A stretch of 61,879 nt of DNA from the NCBI GenBank assembly GCA_030596465.1, contig JAUVJW010000001.1, positions 1-61,879 on the forward strand, read 5' to 3'. The position numbers were made by a program, and so were the translations under genes. Position 1 is the first letter of the stretch. Every line of letters starts with the position of its first letter. Positions 36,066-45,403 of the stretch are shown here, piece after piece. The notes beneath the pieces were generated by a model, which was not told where the DNA came from, made no database searches, and was given only the letters and a program-made list of their open reading frames with translations. This DNA is from Candidatus Fermentibacteraceae bacterium (GTDB taxonomy: Bacteria; Fermentibacterota; Fermentibacteria; Fermentibacterales; JCC-6).

Positions 36066-37126
36066 ATATCTACTACTTTGCGAACCAGATTTATCAGCTG
36101 TCGTATGCCTGGCCGCTTTATAACAGGATCGGTGGTTCTTTCCTTGTAAGAAAGTATAAGACTCTTCTGAAATTCAAAAGATATCTCAGGGGAAGTATTG
36201 TGTCTGGAGACGCCGCGTTTCTCGGAACTCCGAGGGTAATAAAGCGGGATCTTAAAGATATTTCCGACTTGAGAGGAATTATTCTTTCTCAGTCAAATTC
36301 CAGGATTCATAACGATCCGGTAAAATCAAGAAGCATTTTCATAGGTCACGGTACCGGTGATAAAAAGTATGGCGGGAAAGCCAATACACTCGATACTTAT
36401 CAATATTTGTTTGTCTCCGGCCCCAAGCACATGGAGAAACTCAAGGATGCCGGGCTTGATATCCCGGAGAAAAGCCTTGTGAAGGTCGGTAATCTTAGAT
36501 TTGATGAATACCTGAATGGAACCAATGACCGAAATGCCCTTATGGAAAAAATGGGTATTCCCCGGAAGAATCGGACGAGAAAAACAGTTCTGTATGCCCC
36601 AACATGGAAATGGGGAAACGGAACCATAAAAAAGTATGCTAAACTCTTCATCAAAGAGATTACCAGAGAGCATAATCTTATTATCAGACCCCATCATTTC
36701 GATGCTCATCGCCTTCCCCGGCTGAAGCTCTGGGCAGCGGTGAACGGGATAAAGAATGTATACTTTTCCAATCCCAACAGGATCACAACAAATGATACAA
36801 TACAGGATTTTCTTATTTCGGATATTCTTATAAGCGACACATCTTCAATATTGTACGAATATCTCGTAACAGGAAAACCCATAGTAGTGGCCAATACCGA
36901 TTTCAGTAACCTGCACAGCATGCCCGACGAAATGAATGTAATGACAGTCGCAGATTTCTTTGATGGTTCAAAAAGTATTCTGGATGTAGTAAACAGGAAT
37001 TTGCGAGAGGGAACAAACAATTCAAAATATACGGAGATGCTGCACAACTGTTTCTACTTCAATGACGGGAAATCTGTGCAACGAGCGGTAGGTTTTGTGA
37101 ACGAGCTTTCCAGGGAGTTCCAGTGA
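36062..37126 (+). CDS. TagB/TagF-family glycerophosphotransferase paralog 2
   Basis: KTVLYAPTWKWG...ISDILISDTSSILYEYLVTGKPIVV. TTG start overlapping the upstream stop. Confidence 0.75.
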   Translation: MNIYYFANQIYQLSYAWPLYNRIGGSFLVRKYKTLLKFKRYLRGSIVSGDAAFLGTPRVIKRDLKDISDLRGIILSQSNSRIHNDPVKSRSIFIGHGTGDKKYGGKANTLDTYQYLFVSGPKHMEKLKDAGLDIPEKSLVKVGNLRFDEYLNGTNDRNALMEKMGIPRKNRTRKTVLYAPTWKWGNGTIKKYAKLFIKEITREHNLIIRPHHFDAHRLPRLKLWAAVNGIKNVYFSNPNRITTNDTIQDFLISDILISDTSSILYEYLVTGKPIVVANTDFSNLHSMPDEMNVMTVADFFDGSKSILDVVNRNLREGTNNSKYTEMLHNCFYFNDGKSVQRAVGFVNELSREFQ

Positions 37127-38214
37127 AGAAGATTCTATTTGATTTGAAAAAGGAATACTATTTCAACTCTCTGCATCCTCTTTACATTGTTATGTCACAG
37201 GATTCTGACTACGAATTATGGATCAGGGTCGGTGAGGACCAACACCGTTTTCTGGGTATTTTTCTTGTCTCCAATAGATCAAGGGTGGAAGACGATCTCA
37301 GGGAGAGAGGCTTTCAGGTTACAGATAAAACCACTGGCTTCGACGCAGTTATCTGCGGAGACGCACTCAGGAATCCCGGGAAATATGGTGATATTCCCAA
37401 ATTTCATCTGGATCACGGCGTGGGCATAAAGACTTTGAGAATTCGAAACATCGTAAGGCAGAAGAGTACCAGATATCATGTTTTCCTTGAAGGTCGGTAC
37501 TGGTATGATTATGTGAAAAGCACCGGGTACGGGGAGTCCGCGGATTTCCATGTTACAGGGCTGCCCAAGCTTGATCCATTCTTCTGTCCGGATTATTACG
37601 ACAATACCCTCCTCAAGAAAAAACTGGGGCTGGATCCCGGGAAACAGACTGTTCTCTTCGCGCCTTCGTACAAGCCAAGCTGTATCGAACAGATCGGCGA
37701 CAGGATTACAGAACTTCTCCCGGAGTACAATCTCATTGTAAAACTGCATCCATATTCCTGGGGAGGTAAGTATGCCCCTCACTCCCAGCACAAAGTGTAT
37801 CAGCAACTCGCGGAGAAGCGCAGGGAGCTTTTCCTGGTGCCGGGTGAAGAGTTCGATATTTATCCCTATCTGTACCTGGCGGATACTTTAGTAAGTGATA
37901 CATCGAGTGTTATCAACGAGTTCCTCGCTCTGGATAAACACGGAATTATTTACGAGTTGTCATACTCAAATCTGAAACACTCTGATGGAATGCCTGTTCT
38001 TTCCATCGATCCTGTTGAATGGCTTGCTGGTGCGTTTCCGCATATATCAAGCCCTGATCAACTGAAAGAAGCTGTTGAACTGGCTCTTTCCCCGACAGAA
38101 GCGATGAAAACCAAACTGGCAGAGTACAAAAATTACTTTTTTACCGGACTGGACGGGAATGCCTCCCACAGGGTGAAAAAGTGCATTGATTCCATTTTGA
38201 AGATAAAGGGGTAA
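37123..38214 (+). CDS. TagB/TagF-family glycerophosphotransferase paralog 3
   Basis: QTVLFAPSYKP...LADTLVSDTSSVINEFLALDKHGI. GTG start overlapping the upstream stop. Confidence 0.75.
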   Translation: MKKILFDLKKEYYFNSLHPLYIVMSQDSDYELWIRVGEDQHRFLGIFLVSNRSRVEDDLRERGFQVTDKTTGFDAVICGDALRNPGKYGDIPKFHLDHGVGIKTLRIRNIVRQKSTRYHVFLEGRYWYDYVKSTGYGESADFHVTGLPKLDPFFCPDYYDNTLLKKKLGLDPGKQTVLFAPSYKPSCIEQIGDRITELLPEYNLIVKLHPYSWGGKYAPHSQHKVYQQLAEKRRELFLVPGEEFDIYPYLYLADTLVSDTSSVINEFLALDKHGIIYELSYSNLKHSDGMPVLSIDPVEWLAGAFPHISSPDQLKEAVELALSPTEAMKTKLAEYKNYFFTGLDGNASHRVKKCIDSILKIKG

Positions 38215-38222
38215 CATTTTAC

Positions 38223-39362
38223 ATGTCAGACGATTACAAGATAGCGTACTGGATTCGAACTGACATTCAGCATTTTGCCCATATTCGCCCAGTTTACGAT
38301 AGTCTCGGAGGACTGATTTTAACAAAGAACCCGGTAATTTTCAATTATCTTATGGAGAATTTTCCATCACTCAAAAACAATCTTCGCCTGGTAAAGAATT
38401 CCACAGAGGCAAAAAAAATCATGAACAGAATGGACGTCAAACTTGTGGTGTACACAGGGTTCCAGATGATCTTCTGGGGGTATTCCGTACAGGTATTTCA
38501 CGGGGCATCAGACAAGCACTACATTCTTCATCATCATCGAATTCTACTATACGACCTTCTCCTCCTGCCCGGGATGAAGCATATGGAGAAAATCAACAGT
38601 GTCTATAAACTGAAACACCCGGAGCGTTTCAAAATTGTGGGTTATCCCAAGTTTGACAAACTTGTTTCAAACACCCTTACCGGTAATTCCCTTTTCGGCA
38701 ATGGAAAACCCACAATTCTCTATGCTCCTACATGGATTTCAGAAGACTCCGGCACGAAATTAAAGTTTACAAAATACGGTGAAAGTTCATTGCCGTTGTG
38801 GGGAATCAGACTTATACGCGCAATTGCTCCTGAGTGGAATCTGATCATCAAGTACCACTCCCGGGTAAACAAGAATCGCAGAGGCATTTACAATGAGATT
38901 GACAAATTTATTGCGGAACAGGGCGTTGAAGACAGTGTGAAGGTTGTATGGGATTCCAGCATAGTAAAGTATATGCAACAGGCGGATCTTATGATCTCAG
39001 ACATCTCCGCTGTGTGCTATGAATGGTTTCACACCAATAGACCAATTGTGTTCGCCAACCCATCGCCGGATCATTACAAGCCATCTTCAGATAAACTGTC
39101 CAACACTTATGCCTGGCAGGCAGGTGATGTGATAAACAGGGAAGAGGATATTATACCGGTCATTAAACGAAACCTTGCTGGTGATAATTACAGGGATATC
39201 AGAAACAAACTTCTCAATCACGCATTCTACAAACCCGATGGTCATGCCACAGAGAGGCAGGTTTCTGAAATCGTGAAGCTATACGATGAAATCAAAAATC
39301 GAAGCAAATTCCGTATGATCATGCACAATATCTCAGTGTTTATCAGGGATGCCCTGAGTTAG
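38223..39362 (+). CDS. TagB/TagF-family glycerophosphotransferase paralog 4
   Basis: PTILYAPTWISE...QADLMISDISAVCYEWFHTNRPIVF. Confidence 0.75.
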   Translation: MSDDYKIAYWIRTDIQHFAHIRPVYDSLGGLILTKNPVIFNYLMENFPSLKNNLRLVKNSTEAKKIMNRMDVKLVVYTGFQMIFWGYSVQVFHGASDKHYILHHHRILLYDLLLLPGMKHMEKINSVYKLKHPERFKIVGYPKFDKLVSNTLTGNSLFGNGKPTILYAPTWISEDSGTKLKFTKYGESSLPLWGIRLIRAIAPEWNLIIKYHSRVNKNRRGIYNEIDKFIAEQGVEDSVKVVWDSSIVKYMQQADLMISDISAVCYEWFHTNRPIVFANPSPDHYKPSSDKLSNTYAWQAGDVINREEDIIPVIKRNLAGDNYRDIRNKLLNHAFYKPDGHATERQVSEIVKLYDEIKNRSKFRMIMHNISVFIRDALS

Positions 39363-40235
39363 TTTTTGTCGCCATCTGTTGTGGAACCAGACCCATTGCT
39401 CCGGAGCATCATGTATCCATTGACTTATTCTCCCGTTAAGCAGTATCAGAATGTCGGATATTGAATCCTCTTTTGTAAAAAATACCGGCTCATCAATTAC
39501 AAGAAGGTAAGATGAATCCTTCTGTCTTGTGATATGCATTGTGATCACAGGAACTTTCAGTTTTCTTGAGAGAACAGCCGGTGCTACCGGTGTACGGGCA
39601 GGACGCCCCAGAAAACCGGCAAATTCACTCTGAATACCCCTTGTATCCTGGTCGATCAGCATTCCAAGAGTATTGTTTTTGCGCAGGAGGCGTACTATTG
39701 GAGCCGCGCCGGAGTTCCGGTCTATGGTTTTAACTCCGGGTTTGCGCCTCAGCTTATCAAGAATATCGGCAGCTCCCCTGGGTGAGAGGGATCTTCCCAC
39801 TACACCAATATCAAAACCAAGCAATTTCATAGCCCTTGGAAGAAGCTCCCACGGGCCGAAGTGAGCGGTAACGGCGATAACACCCTTTCCACTGGAGAGG
39901 GCCTTTTCCATATTGCCTGATCCCTTAACCTTGATAATCTTTCTGAAGGTTTTGTCACTGCGATATGACAGGTAGAAGAAATCAAAATATCCCGTGAGAA
40001 CGCTGGTGTATATCTCCGCTGCCGAAGCATGAATATTGCAATCTGCCATTACTCCCCGCCGGTGTTTTTTTATTATTCTGTTTGATGGTAGCGGAAGAAG
40101 AGAAAGAAGCCACCCCATAATACCTGCATTCAACCGGGAGACAGGCCTGGGTGTTAGAGCGGACAAAAGAATTACAAGCCCGACCGCAGGTACGGTTAAG
40201 GCATGACGAAAGGTTTTGAATGGTATTTTCTTCAT
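39333..40235 (-). CDS. Lipid A biosynthesis (Kdo)2-lipid IVA acyltransferase, LpxL/HtrB family
   Basis: GVIAVTAHFGPWELL (HX4E acyltransferase motif) and an N-terminal TM. ATG at 40235; an alternative GTG lies at 40253. The 3' end overlaps tagF paralog 4 by 30 nt (convergent). Confidence 0.75.
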   Translation of the reverse strand: MKKIPFKTFRHALTVPAVGLVILLSALTPRPVSRLNAGIMGWLLSLLPLPSNRIIKKHRRGVMADCNIHASAAEIYTSVLTGYFDFFYLSYRSDKTFRKIIKVKGSGNMEKALSSGKGVIAVTAHFGPWELLPRAMKLLGFDIGVVGRSLSPRGAADILDKLRRKPGVKTIDRNSGAAPIVRLLRKNNTLGMLIDQDTRGIQSEFAGFLGRPARTPVAPAVLSRKLKVPVITMHITRQKDSSYLLVIDEPVFFTKEDSISDILILLNGRISQWIHDAPEQWVWFHNRWRQKLTQGIPDKH

Positions 40236-40347
40236 GGTGACACGAGAATACACAGATTAAAACCGATATGTCAAGAAAGACCCGGTTTCCTATGACTCCG
40301 GGCGAACAGAGTATATTTCTCAATCAATCAATAGAAGGGAATAAGAA

Positions 40348-43002
40348 GTGGCGGAAAAACTCATTCTGGTAGATACACTGAGTCTTCTTTACAGAGGCCA
40401 TTACGCAATGATGAAGAGCCCTCTTAAAGGCGTGGACGGTACAGTTACCAGTGGTTTGACTTTTCTGCTGAAGGAGCTGCTCGCGCTAATTGACGCGAAT
40501 CCGGATTGTCTTGTTGCGGCAATAAGCGATGCTCCCGGCCCCACATTTCGAAAGGATCTGTTTCCTGAATACAAAGCAAACAGACCTCCAACTCCCGATG
40601 ACCTCAGGATCCAAACTCAAATTGCCCGGGAATTGGTACCCCTGCTGGGTATTCCTTTCGTGGAAAAAAAAGGATTGGAAGCAGATGATATCATCGCTGG
40701 ATTCGCTCTGGAATCTGCTCTTCCTGTTCTTGTTCTGTCTCCAGACAAAGACCTTCTTCAGTTGGTAAGCAGCAATGTATCTGTCCTTCGCCCGGGGAAA
40801 TACGGACGATCGTCAACATTGGTTAAGGATGGCGATGTAGAAGGCATTATGGGTGTACCCGCAAGGTATGTAGCAGATTTTCTTGCTCTTACAGGCGACT
40901 CGGCTGATAATATTCCCGGTGCCCGCGGAATCGGACCGAAGGGCGCGGTGAAACTTATTCAGCGGTTCGGGGGCATCAGTGACATATACAAACATCTTTC
41001 AGATGTTAAGCCCGATTCTATCAGGAAAAAACTTATTGATTCCCGGGAGATGGTTGAATTGAGCCTGCAGCTCACAAGACTGGATTTTACGCTCACGCCG
41101 GATCTCAAAAATATCGATTTAAATCTGAAAGAGCCTGATTCAGAAAAAGTGCTACCTGTTCTCAACCGACTGGCCCTTTCAAAAATTGCTGATCGACTGG
41201 GTCTTGAACTTACCGGTAAGGGTAGCCTGTATGCTTCACATGAACAGTTCTCATGCAAGGTAAATATTGTCGATACTCTTGATAACATCGAATTTCCCGG
41301 GAATGGTCCTATATGTATTGATACGGAAACAACTTCAGTTGATCCCCTGAAAGCAGAGCTTATTGGATTTTCTGTTACATCGATTCCGGTTGAAAGCTGG
41401 TATGTACCTTATGCATACTCAGACAATAAGGATCAGATACTGGATTCACTTGGAAAGCTTTTGAATCGCAGAGGGTATATTGCGCAGAATGCCAAATATG
41501 ACAGTCGAGTTCTTCATCAGTACGGGGTTAATCTTCCGCCGCCATCTGAAGATCCCTATCTTGCGGATTACATTCTCAGACCTGACGCGCGAAGTCATTC
41601 TCTAAAGAAAATTGTTCCCTTCTGGCTTGGTAAAAACATGAAGACATTTGATGAAGTTTCCAGCGGCACCAAATCACTGATTGGAATTCCCGTGGAAACC
41701 GTTGCCGAGTACTGTTGCTCCGATTCAGCGTCTACCATTGCGCTGGCCGGCATAATGGCTCCCGAATTTTCAAAAGATCCTGTTCTGGAAAAACTTTACA
41801 GGGAAGTAGAACTTCCGCTTTCTTCAGTTCTGGGTAATATGGAAAACCTGGGAATTGGTATTGATCGTGACGCATTACGCCGCGAGGGAGACCTGATAAG
41901 CAAAAAGATTTTTGACCTGATGATACTTGCATCCGAACAGACTGGAAGATCTGTTAATCTGGCCAGCCCGAGACAGGTCGCGTCAATTCTTTTTGATACT
42001 CTGAAACTGCATCCGGTTAGAAAAACTTCAAAAGGCGCCAGATCAACCGATATGACCGTTCTGACAAAACTCAGAAATGAACATCCATTTGTAGAAACCC
42101 TTATTGAATTCAGAGAGCTTTCAAAGCTGCTTAATACCTACGTCGCGAAACTGCCGGAGTATGTAAATCCGACTACAGGATTAATACACACGAATTTTAA
42201 TCAGGCAGTCACCGCCACAGGCAGACTGAGTTCAAGTAATCCGAACCTTCAGAACATCCCCATAAGAACAAGCAGGGGAAGGGAGATAAGGAAATGCTTT
42301 ATTCCCCCGGTAAAGGGGCATGTTTTTGTTACTGCCGATTACTCTCAGATAGAACTGAGAATTCTAGCGCATCTCGCTGGCGAGGGTGTTTTAAGAAGAG
42401 CGTACAGAGAAAATACTGATATCCATTCACGCACAGCAGACGCGGTTTTCGGAAATGCCGACCCTGAACACAGACGGAAGGCCAAGGAAGTTAACTTTTC
42501 CATTATATATGGTATCAGCGCATTCGGTCTTGCCGGGAGGCTTTCAATTTCCAGAGGAGAGGCTGCCGGAATTATTACTCGTTACTACGAAACATACCCT
42601 GAAGTACGGCGTTTTTATGAGAAAATGGTCAAGACAGCAGAAGAAACAGGTGAGGTCAGGACCATTCTTGGTAGAAAGCGTTTGTTTTCGGGAATGAAGG
42701 AAGCAAAGGGAAACAACCGCGGGCAGATGGAGAGAGCAGCGGTTAACACCGCGGTGCAGGGATCTGCTGCTGACATAATTAAGCTTGCGATGATTAAAGC
42801 AGAGAAGCGCCTTTCCAGGGAACTTCCTTCAGCCGGTCTGGTACTACAGGTACATGATGAGCTGGTTCTAACATGCGCTGAAGCGGAGAAGGATATTGCA
42901 GAGTTAATACTTAAAGAAGAAATGCAGGGAGCCTACCAGTTGGAGATTCCTCTTACTGTAGAAACCGGTTCCGGCTGTAACTGGCTTGACGCTGGCCACT
43001 AA
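40348..43002 (+). CDS. polA: DNA polymerase I
   Basis: 5'-nuclease N-terminus, 3'-5' exo region (CIDTETTS), motif A DYSQIELRILAH, motif B RRKAKEVNFSIIYG and motif C QVHDELV. GTG start. Confidence 0.95.
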   Translation: MAEKLILVDTLSLLYRGHYAMMKSPLKGVDGTVTSGLTFLLKELLALIDANPDCLVAAISDAPGPTFRKDLFPEYKANRPPTPDDLRIQTQIARELVPLLGIPFVEKKGLEADDIIAGFALESALPVLVLSPDKDLLQLVSSNVSVLRPGKYGRSSTLVKDGDVEGIMGVPARYVADFLALTGDSADNIPGARGIGPKGAVKLIQRFGGISDIYKHLSDVKPDSIRKKLIDSREMVELSLQLTRLDFTLTPDLKNIDLNLKEPDSEKVLPVLNRLALSKIADRLGLELTGKGSLYASHEQFSCKVNIVDTLDNIEFPGNGPICIDTETTSVDPLKAELIGFSVTSIPVESWYVPYAYSDNKDQILDSLGKLLNRRGYIAQNAKYDSRVLHQYGVNLPPPSEDPYLADYILRPDARSHSLKKIVPFWLGKNMKTFDEVSSGTKSLIGIPVETVAEYCCSDSASTIALAGIMAPEFSKDPVLEKLYREVELPLSSVLGNMENLGIGIDRDALRREGDLISKKIFDLMILASEQTGRSVNLASPRQVASILFDTLKLHPVRKTSKGARSTDMTVLTKLRNEHPFVETLIEFRELSKLLNTYVAKLPEYVNPTTGLIHTNFNQAVTATGRLSSSNPNLQNIPIRTSRGREIRKCFIPPVKGHVFVTADYSQIELRILAHLAGEGVLRRAYRENTDIHSRTADAVFGNADPEHRRKAKEVNFSIIYGISAFGLAGRLSISRGEAAGIITRYYETYPEVRRFYEKMVKTAEETGEVRTILGRKRLFSGMKEAKGNNRGQMERAAVNTAVQGSAADIIKLAMIKAEKRLSRELPSAGLVLQVHDELVLTCAEAEKDIAELILKEEMQGAYQLEIPLTVETGSGCNWLDAGH

Positions 43003-43014
43003 GGAAAGTCTTAA

Positions 43015-44343
43015 ATGAAAAAAATAATTCCAGTTGTAATCGGACTTATGATAATTATGACCAGTTCGTGCGGAAGAGAAGACAGGGTAAATGTTCTTCT
43101 TATACTCATAGACACGGTAAGAGCCGATCATCTGGGCTGTTATGGTTACGAGAGAAACACAACACCTCATATAGACAGTCTTGCGGCAGCGGGAACTCTG
43201 GCTGAATTATGCCAGGGACAGGCTTCGTGGACTCTTCCGGCAATGACCACAATCATGTCCGGGGTACCATCTGTGGTTCACGGTGCCGGAAAAAGCAGTA
43301 CCGGCTTTCATGGAATGTCTCCTGAAATACCATGGCTCCCGCTCGCATTTTACAGGGAAGGTTACAGAACAGCCGCTTTTTTTAATGTCATGTTCATGAA
43401 TGAAGATTTCGGATTTCACAGAGGCTTCCGGCATTTTGACTGCCAGGGCGTAGCCAGCGGAAACAGTCTTAGAAAAGCAGGACCAACTGTCGACGATTTT
43501 CTTGCATGGCTTGATTCCGGCAATGAGAGCGAACCATTTTTCGCGGCAGTGCATTTTTACGATCCGCATATTCCCTACAGGGCACCGGAACCATTCAGAA
43601 GCATGTATACTGATCCCGATTATTCGGGAGATTATGGAGATTCGTGGGGTGAGGGAGTTACCGAAATGATGAGAGTCAATTCAGGAGAGGTCATTCCGAC
43701 CCCTGCCGATATGGCGAATCTTGTTGCCCTCTACGATGGAGAACTGGCTTACACTGACTCAGAGATAGGCAGAATGCTCGCTGATTTGAGATCCAGAGGA
43801 CTTTCAGAAAACACACTTATCATTCTTGTGGGCGATCACGGAGAAGAATTCCTTGAACACGGTGGTATAGAACACGGGCGTACTCTTTATCAGGAAACCA
43901 CACATGTACCAATGATTCTCGCAGGCCCGGGTTTTAATGGGGGAAGAGTTATTTCACAGTCTGTGGCTCAGCTGGATATCGCAGGGACAATAGCAGCTTC
44001 AGCCGGGATAGAATTCACTACCCGTGAACCGGCGGTAAATCTTGCCGGAACCATTGATCCTTCCCGTGAAATTCCCGCAAGTGGTGTGCTGTGGCGGGAT
44101 CGGGGCGACCTTGTTTCAATTGTTTCCAACAACAACAAGCTTATCTGGTCTGTTGAAGATGATTCCCTTGAAGTATACAACCTCATTGCGGATCCCTCGG
44201 AGCAAAATGCGATTGAGGCTGTAACCGGGATGATAGAAGCAGCTGAATTCTACTGGGCTACGCCACCCATGGGTGAGGCGCCTCTTGTGGATTACAGTGA
44301 AACTGCCGCTAGAGAACTCAGAAATCTGGGTTACATCAGATAG
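43015..44343 (+). CDS. Sulfatase-fold (alkaline-phosphatase superfamily) lipoprotein lacking the formylglycine motif
   Basis: Lipobox MIIMTSSCG. VLLILIDTVRADHLGCYGYERNTTPHIDSLAAAGT. T-L-P-A-M occupies the position of the C/S-x-P-x-R motif. GDHGEEF is present. Confidence 0.75.
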   Translation: MKKIIPVVIGLMIIMTSSCGREDRVNVLLILIDTVRADHLGCYGYERNTTPHIDSLAAAGTLAELCQGQASWTLPAMTTIMSGVPSVVHGAGKSSTGFHGMSPEIPWLPLAFYREGYRTAAFFNVMFMNEDFGFHRGFRHFDCQGVASGNSLRKAGPTVDDFLAWLDSGNESEPFFAAVHFYDPHIPYRAPEPFRSMYTDPDYSGDYGDSWGEGVTEMMRVNSGEVIPTPADMANLVALYDGELAYTDSEIGRMLADLRSRGLSENTLIILVGDHGEEFLEHGGIEHGRTLYQETTHVPMILAGPGFNGGRVISQSVAQLDIAGTIAASAGIEFTTREPAVNLAGTIDPSREIPASGVLWRDRGDLVSIVSNNNKLIWSVEDDSLEVYNLIADPSEQNAIEAVTGMIEAAEFYWATPPMGEAPLVDYSETAARELRNLGYIR

Positions 44344-44812
44344 TGGTCAGAACAGCGTTGTCATTGTCTGTAACCACCAGATACGCGCCCCCGGGTACTG
44401 TAGACAGATCAAGCAGAAGAATACCCTGCTCGTCTGCGTTTCCCCGCATAACCACTCTACCCGACTGATCCAGAACTTTTACCTCTGACATGGGGGTAAC
44501 ACCGTTTACAGTAACACTACCGCCGGCAATTGGATTTTGAGAAAAAGAGAGGTCATCAGTTGTTGTCTCATCTCCCGCAATACCCGTATACCATTCTTTG
44601 TAAATAGCATCTCTGGGGCAGAAATTTACACAGTTTCCGCAACCATCGCACAACTCAGGATCAATCCAGGCGTTTCCGGCAACCATGGTTATGGCTCCCT
44701 GCGGGCAGTGAGACAGGCAGTTTCCGCAACCGTTACACTTTGAATTATCCACTACGTATATCCACCTCAGGGGGGCAAACAGCAAAAAGGCAATTGCAAT
44801 AATTTTAAGCAT
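44336..44812 (-). CDS. Exported 2x[4Fe-4S] ferredoxin-domain protein with T9SS-like C-terminal sorting domain
   Basis: N-terminal hydrophobic signal MLKIIAIAFLLFAPL. Cluster motifs CNGCGNCLSHCP and CDGCGNCVNFCP. The C-terminal roughly 70 aa (LSFSQNPIAGGSVTVNG...VKVLDQSGRVV...GGAYLVV) resemble Por/T9SS CTDs. Confidence 0.65.
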   Translation of the reverse strand: MLKIIAIAFLLFAPLRWIYVVDNSKCNGCGNCLSHCPQGAITMVAGNAWIDPELCDGCGNCVNFCPRDAIYKEWYTGIAGDETTTDDLSFSQNPIAGGSVTVNGVTPMSEVKVLDQSGRVVMRGNADEQGILLLDLSTVPGGAYLVVTDNDNAVLTTI

Positions 44813-45287
44813 CTTTTACTCCTGTCAGTCTTCTTCTCTGTATTTCCCATGCAATCATAGCGGCAGTGCTTGACACATTAATACAATGCCGTAGACCGGA
44901 CTGTGGTACTACTATTTTCAGTTGACACATCTCAAGAATCTTATCAGAAATCCCATCTGCCTCGTTTCCAAGAATAAACGCGGAGTCCAGTGGGAAATCC
45001 GCTGAATGCAACGGTACAGCGTCAGGAGTGTTTTCCACCGCCACAACTATTCTGTTGCTCTGCGTATAAAGAACGGCCTCGGCTGTTTCCGGGAACCACC
45101 TCCATGGTACAAGGCCGTGGGTTCCCCTGGAAGTTCTACCCACTTTTTTACCACCGGGACGGGCGGAAATACCCGTAAGAATTACGCCGGAGGGGGAAAT
45201 AGATTCAGCGGTGCGGAAAACAGACCCCACATTGAAGGCACTTCTCAGGGAATCAAGAACAAACAGAGGGAATTTCTCGGTGAACAT
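44805..45287 (-). CDS. SpoU/TrmH-family RNA 2'-O-methyltransferase
   Basis: VAVENTPDAVPL...FILGNEADGIS...IVVPQSGLRHCINVSSTAAMIAWE (SPOUT motifs 1-3). I chose the ATG at 45287 (MFTEKFPLF) over 45410. Confidence 0.75.
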   Translation of the reverse strand: MFTEKFPLFVLDSLRSAFNVGSVFRTAESISPSGVILTGISARPGGKKVGRTSRGTHGLVPWRWFPETAEAVLYTQSNRIVVAVENTPDAVPLHSADFPLDSAFILGNEADGISDKILEMCQLKIVVPQSGLRHCINVSSTAAMIAWEIQRRRLTGVKDA

Positions 45288-45354
45288 TGTTCCAATTCTA
45301 TCAGCCTTTACCCATTCGGTCAATAAGCGGACGATTGGTGTGTGGAATACACTA

Positions 45355-45383
45355 TTGACAAATGAAACGGCGGTGTTTAGATA
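45355..45383 (+). promoter_or_regulatory. Weak candidate promoter
   Basis: Consensus TTGACA (45355-45360), 17-nt spacer, then a poor -10 TAGATA (45378-45383). It lies upstream of the AAGGAG-ATG at 45404. Confidence 0.3.
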
Positions 45384-45403
45384 AAACACAAGGAGACTGT
45401 AAA

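Noticed and set aside
40664-40672. An A9 tract in polA, and an A8 tract at 38411-38418 in tagF paralog 4; considered as phase-variation sites.
   Set aside because: Poly-A runs encoding Lys-Lys-Lys are common in coding DNA. polA is a housekeeping gene unlikely to be phase-varied. Only the G8 tract in the GT4 gene was kept as a low-interest finding.
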